A stretch of 64,000 bases of DNA from Haliotis cracherodii (lineage: Eukaryota): NCBI RefSeq assembly GCF_022045235.1, contig NW_027266269.1:25544001-25608000 (forward strand), read 5' to 3'. Under the pieces are notes generated by a model. The model saw only the letters and a program-made list of their open reading frames with translations, did not search any database and had not been told where the DNA came from. The position numbers were made by a program, and so were the translations under genes. Shown here piece by piece: positions 14,101-45,229 of this stretch; the first letter of the stretch is position 1; each line of letters opens with the position of its first letter.

Positions 14101-16048
14101 GACCGCCGTCATATAGCAGGAATATTGCTGAGGGCGGCGTTAAACAACAAACAAACAAAACAAAAAACAGTGATGTTCCTGTGTCCAAGGTCATTAGGAC
14201 ATAGGTTACCTGAAGCAAGCTTATATGTCTCTATTGTGTGAGACTAGTGTCTAATAGAAATGTTCCTTTTGTCAAGGTCACAAGGACACCGGTTATCTGA
14301 AGCAAGCTGGTGTGTCCATTGTACCGTTGGCTAAATGTAGGACGGACTACGCCGGCGTTGACTACACCATCTTCGACAACAACATGTGTGCTGGTGGAGG
14401 GGGAAACGACGCTTGCGAGGTACAGTTTATATTGCTATGAATGCTGTCACAGAGTCGGGAAGATTCTGGACCAGCAGTGGGTAGTACTATGAGCAACGCC
14501 GACACCCAATCAGCCGGGATATATATTGTTACTGCCCCAACCTGGTCAGTCGCCTGTAGTGAGTGGTCAGTCGCCTGTAGTGAGTGAGTGAGTGAGGGAG
14601 GGAGGGAGGCAGGGAGGAAGGCAGGGAGTGAGCGAGCGAGCGAGCGAGCGATTGAGCGCTCAAAGTAATGAATAACTTCATATCAGCCGGGATATACATT
14701 GTTACTGCCCCAACCTGGTCAGTCGCCTGTAGTGAGTGAGTGAGGGGGTGAGGGAGGGAGGCAGGGAGGAAGGCAGGGAGCGAGCGAGCGATTGAGCGCT
14801 CAAAGTAATGAATAACTTCATATCAGCCGGGATATACATTGTTACTGCCCCAACCTGGTCAGTCGCCTGTAGTGAGGGGTCAGTCGCCTGTAGTGAGTGA
14901 GTGAGGGGGTGAGGGAGGGAGGCAGGGAGGAAGGCAGGGAGTGAGCGAGCGAGCGAGCGAGCGAGCGATTGAGCGCTCAGAGTAATGAATAACTTCATAT
15001 CAGCCGGGATTTACATTGTTACTGCCCCTACCTGGTCAGTCGCCTGTAGTGAGTGGTCAGTCGCCTGTAGTGAGTGAGTGAGTGAGGGAGGGAGGGAGGG
15101 AGGGAGCGCTCTGAGTAATGAATAACTTTAAAGATTGTGTGAGTTTAAGGTTAACGTCACATCGGGGCGGTCGGGTAGCCTAGTGGTTAAAGCGTTCGCT
15201 CGTCACGCCGAAGACCCGGGTTCGATTCCCGACATGGTACAATGTGTGAAGCCCATTTCTGGTGTCCCCCGCCGTGATATTGCTGGAATATTGCTAAAAG
15301 CGGCGTAAAACCAAACTCACTCACTCACTAACGTCACATCGATATTGTTTTCTGCCTAAGAACATGACTGTGCCTTGACAGTGTAGGATATGCTTACTTC
15401 ATGAAAACACATTAACTCGAATGGCTTATTTCAATCAGCTGTCTAACGTGTGGGAACCCACATAAGGAACTCTAGAAGGGACATTGTCGTGTTTTCTCGA
15501 TGTAATGAGATGCCCCCATGTAATTTGGGAGGGGGTGTGGGGAGTTGAAGATGTCTACGCCATTGACCCGATATGATATAGACAATCTATTATTCTGGAA
15601 GGGTCATTATCGACGTTATGGCCTTATATAATATGATTTGTTTGTTTGTTTGTTTCTTTGTTTCTTTGTTTTTTGTTTGTTTGTTTGTTTGTTTGTTTAA
15701 CGCCCTACTCAGCAATATTCCAGCTATATGACGTGGCTGTAAACAATCGAGTCTGGCCCAAACAATCCAGTGATTGATATTGTGAGCAACGATAACGGGG
15801 AACGGTTTAACTTAACTAATACAAGATGTGTATGTGAGTTCAGTGCAAATACGGACCTACGAATGATTAACTTCCATATGGCTTTTCATCAGGGCGATTC
15901 TGGAGGCCCCCTCGCTTGCGTGGAACAGGGGGTGTGGCACCTGACAGGTGTGGTGTCGTGGGGGAAGCAGTGTGGGGACAGCAGGTTCCCGGGGGTCTAC
16001 ACCAGGGTTTCCAGCTACACACAGTGGATATACAACATCATCAGCTGA
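4248..16048 (+). CDS. SP1: secreted trypsin-like serine protease (S1A) with N-terminal His-rich 6-Cys module; 9 coding exons, 332 aa
   Basis: Exons 4248-4317 ([23 protein letters not shown]), 6030-6173 ([48 protein letters not shown]), 6691-6738 (linker), 7432-7523 (TQCG..RR|IVGG..WPWQ), 9235-9323 (VCSGAII..LTAAHC), 10199-10313, 11837-11978 (NDIALI..PICLP..SGWG), 14277-14419 (MCAG..DACE), 15893-16048 ([17 protein letters not shown]..stop). All introns GT-AG, phases match, total 999 nt; AATAAA at 16112. Confidence 0.9.
4294..5395. repeat. 51-bp minisatellite (~21 units) built from the SP1 exon 1 end plus splice donor
   Basis: Unit GTGTGATCGGGGGAACACTTGCAG|GTTAGCCTGTTTCTGTCCTGGTGTTT; first unit is the real exon end GTGTGATCGGGAGACAACTTGCAG|GTTAGTCTG. 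Confidence 0.95.
5620..5915 (+). mobile_element. SINE family B (~270 bp; V-domain-like core, (ACTC)n tail)
   Basis: Head GGGGGCACGGGTGGCCCAGTCGTCTAAGGCG, B-box GGTTCGAATCC, core GTGGGTTTCACCG..CGGGCTTTCCTCCCACA. Confidence 0.85.
6236..6525 (+). mobile_element. SINE family B copy
   Basis: Full-length match to 5620 element. Confidence 0.85.
7178..7340 (+). mobile_element. SINE family A (~160 bp, tRNA-Asp-like head)
   Basis: GTAGCCTAGTGG A box, GGTTCGATTCC B box, GTC in anticodon-like loop; target duplication CATATAATATCTTGA. Confidence 0.9.
7543..7827 (+). mobile_element. SINE family B copy, ~20 nt downstream of the SP1 exon 4 donor
   Basis: Full-length; flanking CAACCTTG duplicated. Confidence 0.85.
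8111..8858. repeat. (TG)n/(TGCG)n compound microsatellite with two N gaps
   Basis: Directly visible. Confidence 0.95.
9339..9512. mobile_element. Tc1/mariner-pogo-type MITE, inverted relative to the 1567 copy
   Basis: Same TIR, TA flanks; sits 15 nt after the SP1 His-exon donor. Confidence 0.85.
10402..10923. mobile_element. Non-autonomous TIR element (MITE-like)
   Basis: Imperfect ~55-bp inverted ends: GGCAAGGGAGATAACTGACTGTAAAAGTCCTGTTTCCACCCTTGCC vs GGCAAAGGTGGTATCTGGACTTTTAAAGTCAGTGAACTCCCTTGCC. Confidence 0.65.
11195..11478 (+). mobile_element. SINE family B copy
   Basis: Full-length; duplication TCACCAAATACA on both sides. Confidence 0.9.
12910..14276. repeat. 87-bp minisatellite (~12 units) built from the SP1 exon 8 acceptor plus exon start; interrupted by a family C element
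   Basis: Unit TAATAGAAATGTTCCTGTGTCCATGGTTACCAGGACATCGGTTACCTGAAGTAAG.. matches real junction TAATAGAAATGTTCCTTTTGTCAAG|GTCACAAGGACACCGGTTATCTGAAGCAAG. Confidence 0.92.
13895..14168 (+). mobile_element. SINE-like family C (~270 bp, (AAAC)n tail)
   Basis: Starts GACCCkTGAAGAT..; flanked by AACAsTGATGTTC duplication; about 18 copies or fragments in window. Confidence 0.85.
14509..15128. repeat. Composite tandem repeat x4 (140-177 bp) with internal GA-rich microsatellite
   Basis: ATCAGCCGGGATATACATTGTTACTGCCCC recurs at ~14509, 14682, 14822, 14999. Confidence 0.9.
15164..15328 (+). mobile_element. SINE family A copy
   Basis: Full-length; duplication TAACGTCACATCG. Confidence 0.9.
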
Positions 16049-16111
16049 TCCAGGGACTGTACGATATAATTTTGTTTACAACAAATCCTAATTTAGATCA
16101 CATATAGAAAC

Positions 16112-16117
16112 AATAAA
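16112..16117 (+). terminator. Polyadenylation signal of SP1
   Basis: AATAAA 64 nt after the stop, followed by GT/T-rich sequence. Confidence 0.7.
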
Positions 16118-16609
16118 ACTGTGGTTTATATATGATTTTCTTTATTTGTTCATACGTTTGTGGAAAGAGTTCGAATCCCAGATGTCAATAAAGAAAGGGA
16201 GGTGCTTGATGAGATCGTTCTCTCCAAGTAAATTCCGATGTCAAATAACGACGTTATCTTGACGGAAAAACGACGGTTTGAAAGCGTCCAAAAAACGTCG
16301 TTTTTCTGTCCAAGGACCATACACGAAAACAACCCGACGTTTTCATGTTTGCAGTGTGACGTTTTATATTTACCGTATTTATTCAGTAGAAATTTGGAAG
16401 AAATCGGTGAACAAAACAGCGTTATCATATATCGAGTGGCTGAACTCTGTGTGGAAAGGTCAGTTTTGTAACATCAGAGTTGTGAACGCCGGCCACTGCC
16501 CACCTGTCTCGGGCCGTGCTGTATCTCACCCAGGGGGGGTTTATACCCGCACACAGCCTGCGATCTCCTCAATCCAGGTAGCTCAATGAAGGTGGACAGT
16601 CAAGTAACG

Positions 16610-25721
<9,112 letters not shown>

Positions 25722-25992
25722 GTCCTACTGCTGATTGAACAATAATTGATGTGGTGTTTGTATTAAAGGTATTAAATTCTTAAGTTTTGTTGAGTTATTT
25801 GTTTAAATACCACAGAAATACCAAGACAAAAATACCTCATGAAGATGTTTACAAGCCGATAAAAGCTAACAGTAATTGAAAGAATCGAAGGTGTGTTTTA
25901 CCTTTCACATTTTCGTGGCATGGACGGTCCCTTGGTCTGAGGTACCGCAATTCACCGTGCAGATATTAAGGTGTTCTATGACAGTGGGTTCG

Positions 25993-26349
25993 AGGTGAGG
26001 TGAGGTGAGGTGAAATGGGGTTTAACGTCGCGTCCAAGATTATTGCACTTATATAACGACGTCCATGTACGTGTGTGTGTGTGTGGCTGCTTGTACTAGT
26101 CCGGATGCCGATTTATAGTGCTAGCCCACTGAGATACCATGCCGCAGTTTAACATGAATACCCCACTCAGACACAGTATACTGACTCTGAGCCGACCAGT
26201 CCTTGTTTTTGCCCCTTAATGCCGAGCGCCAGACAGGGTAACAACAAGTACCATCTTTTAACGTCTTTTGGTATGACGCGGCCGGGGATCGAACCTCAGA
26301 CCTTCTGCTCTCCGGGCGGACGCTCCACTACTAGACCACAGAGGCGGTC
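25993..26349 (-). mobile_element. SINE family D copy
   Basis: Full-length reverse complement with (GAGGT)n. Confidence 0.88.
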
Positions 26350-26822
26350 CGCTGGTCGTAAGAGGCAACTTGAAGGGTCTCGGGTCAGGCTCGGTGACTT
26401 GGTTATATCCGTACCCCCATACCGTACGTTGCTCACAATATCTAACCGTGAGGTTAAAAACTGATTCTACTTATCAGTTTTATTGATATAAACGATCTCG
26501 ACTCTACATGTATTCTTTGTCTTGTTAAGTTACACCAATCCAAAACGGAACACTCTTTTAGTGCAATTACTCTTAACATTTATATTTTGAAAAAGAAAAT
26601 TGAAATCAAGAGCTATTTTGGTGACTGTGCACAAAACTTTACTTGATTCGCTTTTTGACGAACAGCACGAAATCTTGACGTATTTAAAAATAATTATGTA
26701 TATTTGACGTCATTCAGAGATTAAAAGGTGAAGTCATGACATCTCTGACACGATCAGGCCAAGTGTAAAATGTAAGTTCTTTATTTGTTTTGTACTTCCT
26801 TTATAAATTAATAGTTAAATTA

Positions 26823-27093
26823 GACCCGTGAAGATTCCGGGGTAGAATAGGTCTTCAGCAACCCATGCTTGCCGTAAAAGGTGACTATGCTTGTCGTAAA
26901 AGACAACTAACGGGATCGGGTGGTCAGGCTCGCTGACTTGGTTAATGCATGTCATCAATCCGAATTGAGTAGATCGACGCTCATGATATTAATCACTGGA
27001 TTGGCTGGTCCAGGCTTGCTTATTTACAGACCGCCTTCATACAGCTGGAATATTGCTGATTTCGGCGTTAAACAACAAACCAACCAAACCAAC
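26823..27093 (+). mobile_element. Family C copy
   Basis: Full-length match. Confidence 0.85.
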
Positions 27094-27678
27094 AATAGTT
27101 AACTTAATGATTTTTTGTATCATCCTCGCATATACATACATCGTTTCTATGGTAGAAGTAAAAATAATTTTCACTCTTCAGTTTTAACGTCCTGCTACAC
27201 TGTATATTCTATTATATATTATATTTACTTCTTGATTCAAAACCTCAACCTTCCAATACTCATCCCTGTCATAGCTTTTAACTAGTCCATCATGTTTACC
27301 AGCAGTTTTAATGCAGTACATATCCAAAATTTGCTACCCCATCAACGCACATGCCAATTAAGTACAATAACAGCAATATTTTGAGACCACCCCCAACTCG
27401 GTGACATTTGCACCTGGGAGAATGCACGGGGTGTGTAAGGTCGTCACCTCGGGACAGGTGTCAGTTGATTACCTCAGGTTACAGTCAATTTCATACATGC
27501 ATGACAACGCAAGAATATTGTCTAAGTTTATCATCATTTTACCTGTAAACGTACATTTTAAGTGTAATCACAATGTCAGTTAGGACAGACTAGATACGTT
27601 CAATTCGCGTTATTTTGATATATGCTCTTTTTATAGTCCTTAACTAAATGAAGCAAGAAAGTTATTTTCTAACATTTC

Positions 27679-28045
27679 CGAGCTTTTTGTACAAGCTTTT
27701 GTTTGTTGTTTAACGCCGCACTCAACAATATTCCAGCTATACGAAGGCGGTCTGTTCATAATCGAGTCTGGACCAGACAATCCGGTGATTGACATCATGC
27801 GCATCGATCTACGCAATTGGGATACGATGACATGCGTCAACCAAGTCAGCGAGCCCGACCACCCGATCCCGTTAGACGCCTCTTACGACAAGCATGGTCT
27901 CCTTTGGTACAAAGAGTGAGTAAGTGAGTGAGCAATATCACGGCGGGGGACACTAGAAATGGGCTTCACACATTGTACCCATTTTGGGAATCGAACCCGG
28001 ACGTGACGAGCTAACGCTTTAACCACTAGGCTACCCGACCGCCCC
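27679..28045 (-). mobile_element. Adjacent family C (27679-27898) and family A (27914-28045) copies
   Basis: Reverse-complement matches; CCTTTGGTACAAAGAG duplicated around the A copy. Confidence 0.8.
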
Positions 28046-28228
28046 TTTGGTACAAAGAGCCACACACACACAGATAATCAGTGATAGGGGTTCGTATAGG
28101 AGAGGTTTTACGGTAGATGAGTTATCTTACACTTGCTTATCGCCGACCTGTTGGATCCAGTGTCAGGTATTCCATACACTCGCTTGTCTTGTCTTATCTT
28201 GCCCAATGTTCAGTTTGCCGAGTTCATT

Positions 28229-38140
<9,912 letters not shown>

Positions 38141-39823
38141 CATCAATGCAACATTTGTACGCTTTCCGTTTTTATACAATGTCTTTGTGATTAAAGTGTC
38201 ACCTAGACTGACCTTGTAATTAGGTGATACATATGCTGTGAGAGCTAGGTTACCTGAAACGTTAACTGAATTAATTGAATCGCACAACGCGAGATTTTCA
38301 AATATTAATTTTAGCTTTTTTCTTTTCTTTTTTTTATTTTGTGATTCGTTGAATATTCCAGATATATGACGGCGGTCTGAAAAAAATCGAGTCTGGGCTC
38401 ACCAGACAATCCAGTGATTAGCATACTTTTTCCTTCGTAACTGAATAGTCTTGCGGTTACACATCTACAATGTCTTCTCGATTAATTTGCGTCAGTGTAC
38501 AATATGCACTGATAAGTTGCTTCGGACTGACTTTAAAAATGCCACCCATCAAAGCAGCCGAAATAGCAGAATTTATATGATGCTCATTAACACTTAGACT
38601 GAGAGTGCTCTACAAGGAAGAACCAGAAGTTGCCGGTCCTCAGGCGCCACGCTGTAATAGTAAGCGTATCCTGCCCCACCGGAGGCACCCGTCACAAACA
38701 CATGCAAAGGCAAATAAAGCGACAAAACCCTTTCCATATCCAATAGAAATCTTTGCATGTCGAATGTACAATTCCGACTATATCATGAGCGTGTGTTTAT
38801 GAATCACTATCAAATAGTTAATATGATACCTGGTGTTCGCGAAAAGGTGAGCGTATCGTCCCACCGGTCGCACCATCACAAACACATGCAAAGGCAAGTC
38901 ACTTGTTCATCCGAAAGAATATGGGAACATATGGTACAAGTCAAAATAGGTAATTGCATCGGACATCATTTTTGTCTCTGATGTGTCAAATGTGGAAATG
39001 TCCTCCACATGTCCACCATGAACCTGTCTGAAAGCTTTACTGAGGCCTTGAATGCTGTAACCTGGATCAAACAAGTTCTAGTCACACGGAAACGGCACAA
39101 GCTATAACAAAGAATAGCACGTACATTACTCATGTCACCGATGCGTCAATCCCAGAAATACCCTTCAATTGTCTGCTATAAAACGCTTTAAAACCCTGAT
39201 CAAACAACGTTTGAGCAACGGTCGTAAGGCGCTTTTATGCAAGGATAATTCTCTATTTTACCTCAAAAGTTGTGAAATGTAGACACAAAAGGTTGTAGCT
39301 GTTGGAATATTGCTCGACATAAACGTAATGTTGCCTATTGGAAAGTTGACGTGACCCCTCTTGTCATACAGTCTTGTGGTAAATTAGTTTTAACTCTGAA
39401 TCTTCATGCATGTCTAGATATGACACAAATGAGGCGCTTTTACTCGACTCTTTCATTTCTCTGTCAGGTGCGTAAATCATTGGAGGGAAATGGCTACTTG
39501 ATCATTATTGAACGATAAGAAAATTCGATATACCCGAAGCGAAAGTAAAACGTCTTGGCGAAATTCCTTTGTTTTGATGGTGCTAATTAAAGATTACAGT
39601 TACTCTGCATGGGTGGAATTGAAATTGTCACAGTCAATGTCGCGTGTTTCCCCCCTTAACGCCATGACACACACTCACACGACGTCTTGCAGAGTTCGTT
39701 TAACGTCGGAGTACGTCATACGATAGTCGGCGCCATTCTTCCATGTATTAAGACCTGTCTGCTTGAAGGAGGTTTGAGCTGTGTCCTATTCAGGTGTGTT
39801 TATAGAGCTGTTCATTTGGCGAC

Positions 39824-40083
39824 AGGGGACACGGGTGGCCCAGTCGTCTAAGGCGCCGCCATTTCGCTGTCCCTTGGGCACGCCAGACACCTATGATTGT
39901 GGGTTCGAATCCCGGTTCGCCCGATTTATGTTTCTAGGTTTGTCAGCACCATACCCGTGCTCGTGAGTTTCACCGAAGTGGTAAACGTCTGAGACCTATA
40001 TCATTACGGGATTTCCTCCCACATTAAGCTGACACGCCGCGATATAACTGGAACACGGCGTTAAACCAAACTCACTCACTCAT
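39824..40083 (+). mobile_element. SINE family B copy
   Basis: Match; TCATTTGGC duplicated. Confidence 0.85.
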
Positions 40084-40299
40084 TTGGCCACATGTCACGT
40101 GAGCAAGCTTGTCAAGGCAAGACGTTGACGTTATTGAGCTTCGGAATGTGACGGATGGTACGTGACGTATGTGATATTGTTGAGAGGGAGTGTGAGTGAG
40201 TGAGTGTAGTTTAACATCGCTTTTAACAGTATTCCTGTTCAATCACGGCTGTAGGGAGGGACGCACAAATGGACCTCGTCGATGTAACGTTGCGCTGTT

Positions 40300-40620
40300 A
40301 GTTAAACACAGCAAGCCTCTGCCTTATCCTGCCCACAAATTACACCCCAAATCATTACGCTGCCACCTCCAAATGGAACGGTCCCCTGGACACGATAACA
40401 AGCGTTAGGTCTTCCCGCCGACCATACTATCTGCACTGACAAGCTGGAACCTGCTGTCATCAGAAAGCATGACTCTGTGGCACTTCCTGATTTACCATCG
40501 TTGCACAGTAGTTGACGTCGATGTTGACATGTCATCGTGATCCCAGGGATAAATATAAACGCTCGGGTACCATGGTACTGTGGACACAGTGAAGCGGATG
40601 ACAACATGAACGAGGGCATT
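40300..40620 (-). pseudogene. Tc1-family transposase relic
   Basis: Minus-strand frames give HRVMLSDDSRFQL (cf. VLFSDESRF) and PFGGGSVMIWG, separated by a frameshift. Confidence 0.75.
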
Positions 40621-40881
40621 TGATGCCGAAGACGCCAGTCATGACAGGATTCCTCAAATTAAATCAATAAGCAAATAACGATCATTGTAAAGTTTGTTAG
40701 TTTCTTTGGTGTTTGATGCCGCACTCAGCAATATTGCATGACGGCTGTCTGTCAACAATCGTGTCTGGGCCAGACAATCCAGTAATTGGCATCATGAGCA
40801 TCGATCCACGCAATTGGGATACGATGACATCGATCAACCAAATCTTTCGACAAACATGGGTTATTGAAGATCTATTCTAAC

Positions 40882-41140
40882 AGCAACCTATGTCTTGCCG
40901 TAAAAGGCGACTCTGCTTGCCGTAAAAGGCGACTATGCTTGTCGTAAGAGGCGACTAACGGGATCAGATTGTCAGGCTCGCTGACTTGGGTGATGCATGT
41001 CATCGATCCCAATTGTGTGGAGCGATGCTCATGATATTAATAACTGGATTGTCTGGTCCAGACTGGATTATTTACAGACCGCCGTTATATAGCTGGAATA
41101 TTGCTGAGTGCGGCGTTAAACAACAAACCAACCATCCAAC
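40882..41140 (+). mobile_element. Family C copy, back-to-back with a minus-strand copy at ~40695-40880
   Basis: Matches; three copies of the 22-bp unit. Confidence 0.8.
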
Positions 41141-41321
41141 ATCCCTATTCTACCCGGGTCTTCACGGTTCACCACAGGCTTATAGTCCGTCAACCATCAT
41201 TTTAGCACCCGATTCTTCACAATTATATTCCATTAAACACACAATCCCAGAACGAAATGTTATTATTGAACATTAATCATTGACCTGACTAGAAATACCA
41301 GAACTACTGCCGGGCAAAATA

Positions 41322-44300
41322 CCCATGTTTGATGCAGGCTAAAGGAAGTATACACTCATGTTTGGTGGTGGCTTAAGGAAGTAAACACACATGTTTGACG
41401 TTGGCTAAAGGAAGTAAACACAGGTGTTTGACGTTGGCTAAAGGAAGTATACACCCATGTTTGATGGTGGCTAAAGGAAGTATACGCCTATGTTTGACTG
41501 TGGCTAAAGGAAGTATACGCCTATGTTTGATGGTGGCTAAAGGAAGTAAACACCCATGTTTGACGTTGGCTAAAGGAAGTAAACACAGGTGTTTGACGTT
41601 GGCTAAAGGAAGTATACACCCATGTTTGACGGTGGCTAAAGGAAGTAAACACCCATGTTTGACGTTGGCTACAGGAAGTAAACACACGTGTTTGTCGTTG
41701 GCTACAGGAAGTATACACCCATGTTTGACGGTGGCTAAAGGAAGTATACGCCTATTTTTGACGGTGGCTAAAGGAAGTATACGCCTATGTTTGACGGTGG
41801 CTAAAGGAAGTATACACCCATGTTTGATGGTGGCTAAAGGAAGTATGCACCCATGTTTGACGGTGGCTAAAGGAAGTATACACCCATGTTTGACGGTGGC
41901 TAAAGGAAGTATACACCCATGTTTGACGGTGGCTAAAGGAAGTATACACCCATGTTTGACGGTGGCTAAAGGAAGTATACACCCATGTTTGATGGTGGAC
42001 AAAGGATGTATACACCCATGTTTGACGGTGGCTAAAGGAAGTATACACCCATGTTTGACGGTGGCTAAAGGAAGTATACACCCATGTTTGACGGTGGCTA
42101 AAGGAAGTATACACCCATGTTTGATGGTGGACAAAGGATGTATACACCCATGTTTGACGGTGGCTAAAGGAAGTATACACCCATGTTTGATGGTGGACAA
42201 AGGATGTATACACCCATGTTTGACGGTGGCTAAAGGAAGTATACACCCATGTTTGACGGTGGCTAAAGGAAGTATACACCCATGTTTGACGGTGGCTAAA
42301 GGAAGTATACACCCATGTTTGATGGTGGACAAAGGATGTATACACCCATGTTTGACGGTGGCTAAAGGAAGTATACACCCATGTTTGATGGTGGACAAAG
42401 GATGTATACACCCATGTTTGACGGTGGCTAAAGGAAGTATACACCCATGTTTGACGGTGGCTAAAGGAAGTATACACCCATGTTTGACGGTGGCTAAAGG
42501 AAGTATACACCCATGTTTGATGGTGGCTAAAGGAAGTATACACCACATGTTTGACGGTGGACAAAGGAAGTATACACCCATGTTTGACGGTGGCTAAAGG
42601 AAGTATACACCCATGTTTGATGGTGGACAAAGGATGTATACACCCATGTTTGACGGTGGCTAAAGGAAGTATACACCCATGTTTGATGGTGGCTAAAGGA
42701 AGTATACACCCATGTTTGACGGTGGCTAAAGGAAGTATACACCCATGTTTGATGGTGGACAAAGGATGTATACACCCATGTTTGACGGTGGCTAAAGGAA
42801 GTATACACCCATGTTTGATGGTGGACAAAGGATGTATACACCACATGTTTGACGGTGGCTAAAGGAAGTATACACCCATGTTTGACGGTGGCTAAAGGAA
42901 GTATACACCCATGTTTGACGGTGGCTAAAGGAAGTATACACCCATGTTTGACGGTGGCTAAAGGAAGTATACACCCATGTTTGACGGTGGCTAAAGGAAG
43001 TATACACCACATGTTTGACGGTGGACAAAGGATGTATGCACCCATGTTTGACGGTGGACAAAGGATGTATGCACCCATGTTTGACGGTGGACAAAGGATG
43101 TATGCACCCATGTTTGACGGTGGACAAAGGATGTATGCACCCATGTTTGACGGTGGACAAAGGATGTATGCACCCATGTTTGACGGTGGACAAAGGATGT
43201 ATGCACCCATGTTTGACGGTGGACAAAGGATGTATGCACCCATGTTTGACGGTGGACAAAGGATGTATGCACCCATGTTTGACGGTGGACAAAGGAAGTA
43301 TACACCCATGTTTGACGGTGGACAAAGGATGTATGCACCCATGTTTGACGGTGGACAAAGGAAGTATGCACCCATGTTTGACGGTGGCTAAAGGATGTAT
43401 GCACCCATGTTTGACGGTGGACAAAGGATGTATGCACCCATGTTTGACGGTGGACAAAGGATGTATGCACCCATGTTTGACGGTGGACAAAGGATGTATG
43501 CACCCATGTTTGACGGTGGACAAAGGAAGTATGCACCCATGTTTGATGGTGGCTAAAGGATGTATGCACCCATGTTTGACGGTGGACAAAGGATGTATGC
43601 ACCCATGTTTGACGGTGGACAAAGGATGTATGCACCCATGTTTGACGGTGGACAAAGGATGTATGCACCCATGTTTGACGGTGGACAAAGGATGTATGCA
43701 CCCATGTTTGACGGTGGACAAAGGATGTATGCACCCATGTTTGACGGTGGACAAAGGATGTATGCACCCATGTTTGACGGTGGACAAAGGATGTATGCAC
43801 CCATGTTTGACGGTGGACAAAGGAAGTATACACCCATGTTTGACGGTGGACAAAGGATGTATGCACCCATGTTTGACGGTGGACAAAGGAAGTATACACC
43901 CATGTTTGATGGTGGCTAAAGGATGTATGCACCCATGTTTGACGGTGGACAAAGGAAGTATACACCCATGTTTGATGGTGGACAAAGGATGTATGCACCC
44001 ATGTTTGACGGTGGCTAAAGGAAGTATACACCCATGTTTGACGGTGGCTAAAGGATGTATGCACCCATGTTTGACGGTGGCTAAAGGAAGTATGCACCCA
44101 TGTTTGATGGTGGACAAAGGAAGTATACACCCATGTTTGACGGTGGCTAAAGGAAGTATACACCCATGTTTGACGGTGGCTAAAGGAAGTATACACCCAT
44201 GTTTGATGGTGGCTAAAGGATGTATGCACCCATGTTTGACGGTGGCTAAAGGAAGTATACACCCATGTTTGATGGTGGCTAAAGGATGTATGCACCCATG

Positions 44301-44432
44301 TTTGACGGTGGCTAAAGGAAGTATACACCCATGTTTGATGGTGGCTAAAGGAAGTATGCACCCATGTTTGATGGTGGACAAAGGAAGTATACACCCATGT
44401 TTGACGGTGGCTAAAGGATGTATGCATGGCTA
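41322..44432. repeat. 33-bp minisatellite (~94 units)
   Basis: Unit ACACCCATGTTTGACGGTGGCTAAAGGAAGTAT with GACAAAGGATGTATGC variants. Confidence 0.98.
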
Positions 44433-44694
44433 AAACAGAAGCAGACAGGAAATGGTTGTTCGATGGTGATACACTTCATACGGGTATCATAGTTGTGTTT
44501 TGGACCTTATGTTTGCAGCGTTCCAGCGGCTGATACCAGCCTTGTAACGTTTTGATAACGTTTGTAATTTTTAGGTCAAATCCAACTTTTAAATGTCATC
44601 TTTCTTTTGCTCGGCAGTTTATTTTTTCTTACTTCTCTCCATTATCCCGTTCTGAAAGCCATAATGTCATTGTGACGCTCTGACACTAGTTCCG

Positions 44695-44695
<1 letters not shown>

Positions 44696-44776
<81 letters not shown>
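44696..44776. repeat. (CA)n microsatellite
   Basis: Directly visible. Confidence 0.98.
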
Positions 44777-44781
<5 letters not shown>

Positions 44782-45229
44782 TATTGGTTTTATTATTAAT
44801 TCAGTTATTTAAGAACGGGCTATATAATGAGTATCGGGGTGTCAAGCTCGGTGACTTTGTTTATTACGTGACATCGCATCCAGGCGGTATGAGGAGTTGT
44901 TTTGATGCTATCATCCTCCGGCTAACCTCGCGCATGCTGCATTATTTTCAGGGCGCCGTGATAAGGGTTGAACATTGCTGACTGAAGGGATAAGCAACAA
45001 ACAAACAAATCTGATTCAAGCAGGTGTGGCTTTTAGCCAGGACTAGGTGATTACAGCGTCATTGATAAGATGGACACCGTTTGCTACGTAGTGTTTTGAA
45101 AAGAGGTAGGGCGTTACCTCAGATAAAACATTCTTCAAATAGACCAAGCAGCTGACAGAATGCCTACCAATGTGGTTTATCTTAGTCTGTAAAGCCTAAG
45201 TAAGCAATCTGGCACGGTATGGTCATGTT

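Noticed and set aside
41373-44433. Long ORFs (400-529 aa) on both strands
   Set aside because: Translation of a stop-free 33-bp minisatellite; no splice or protein-family support.
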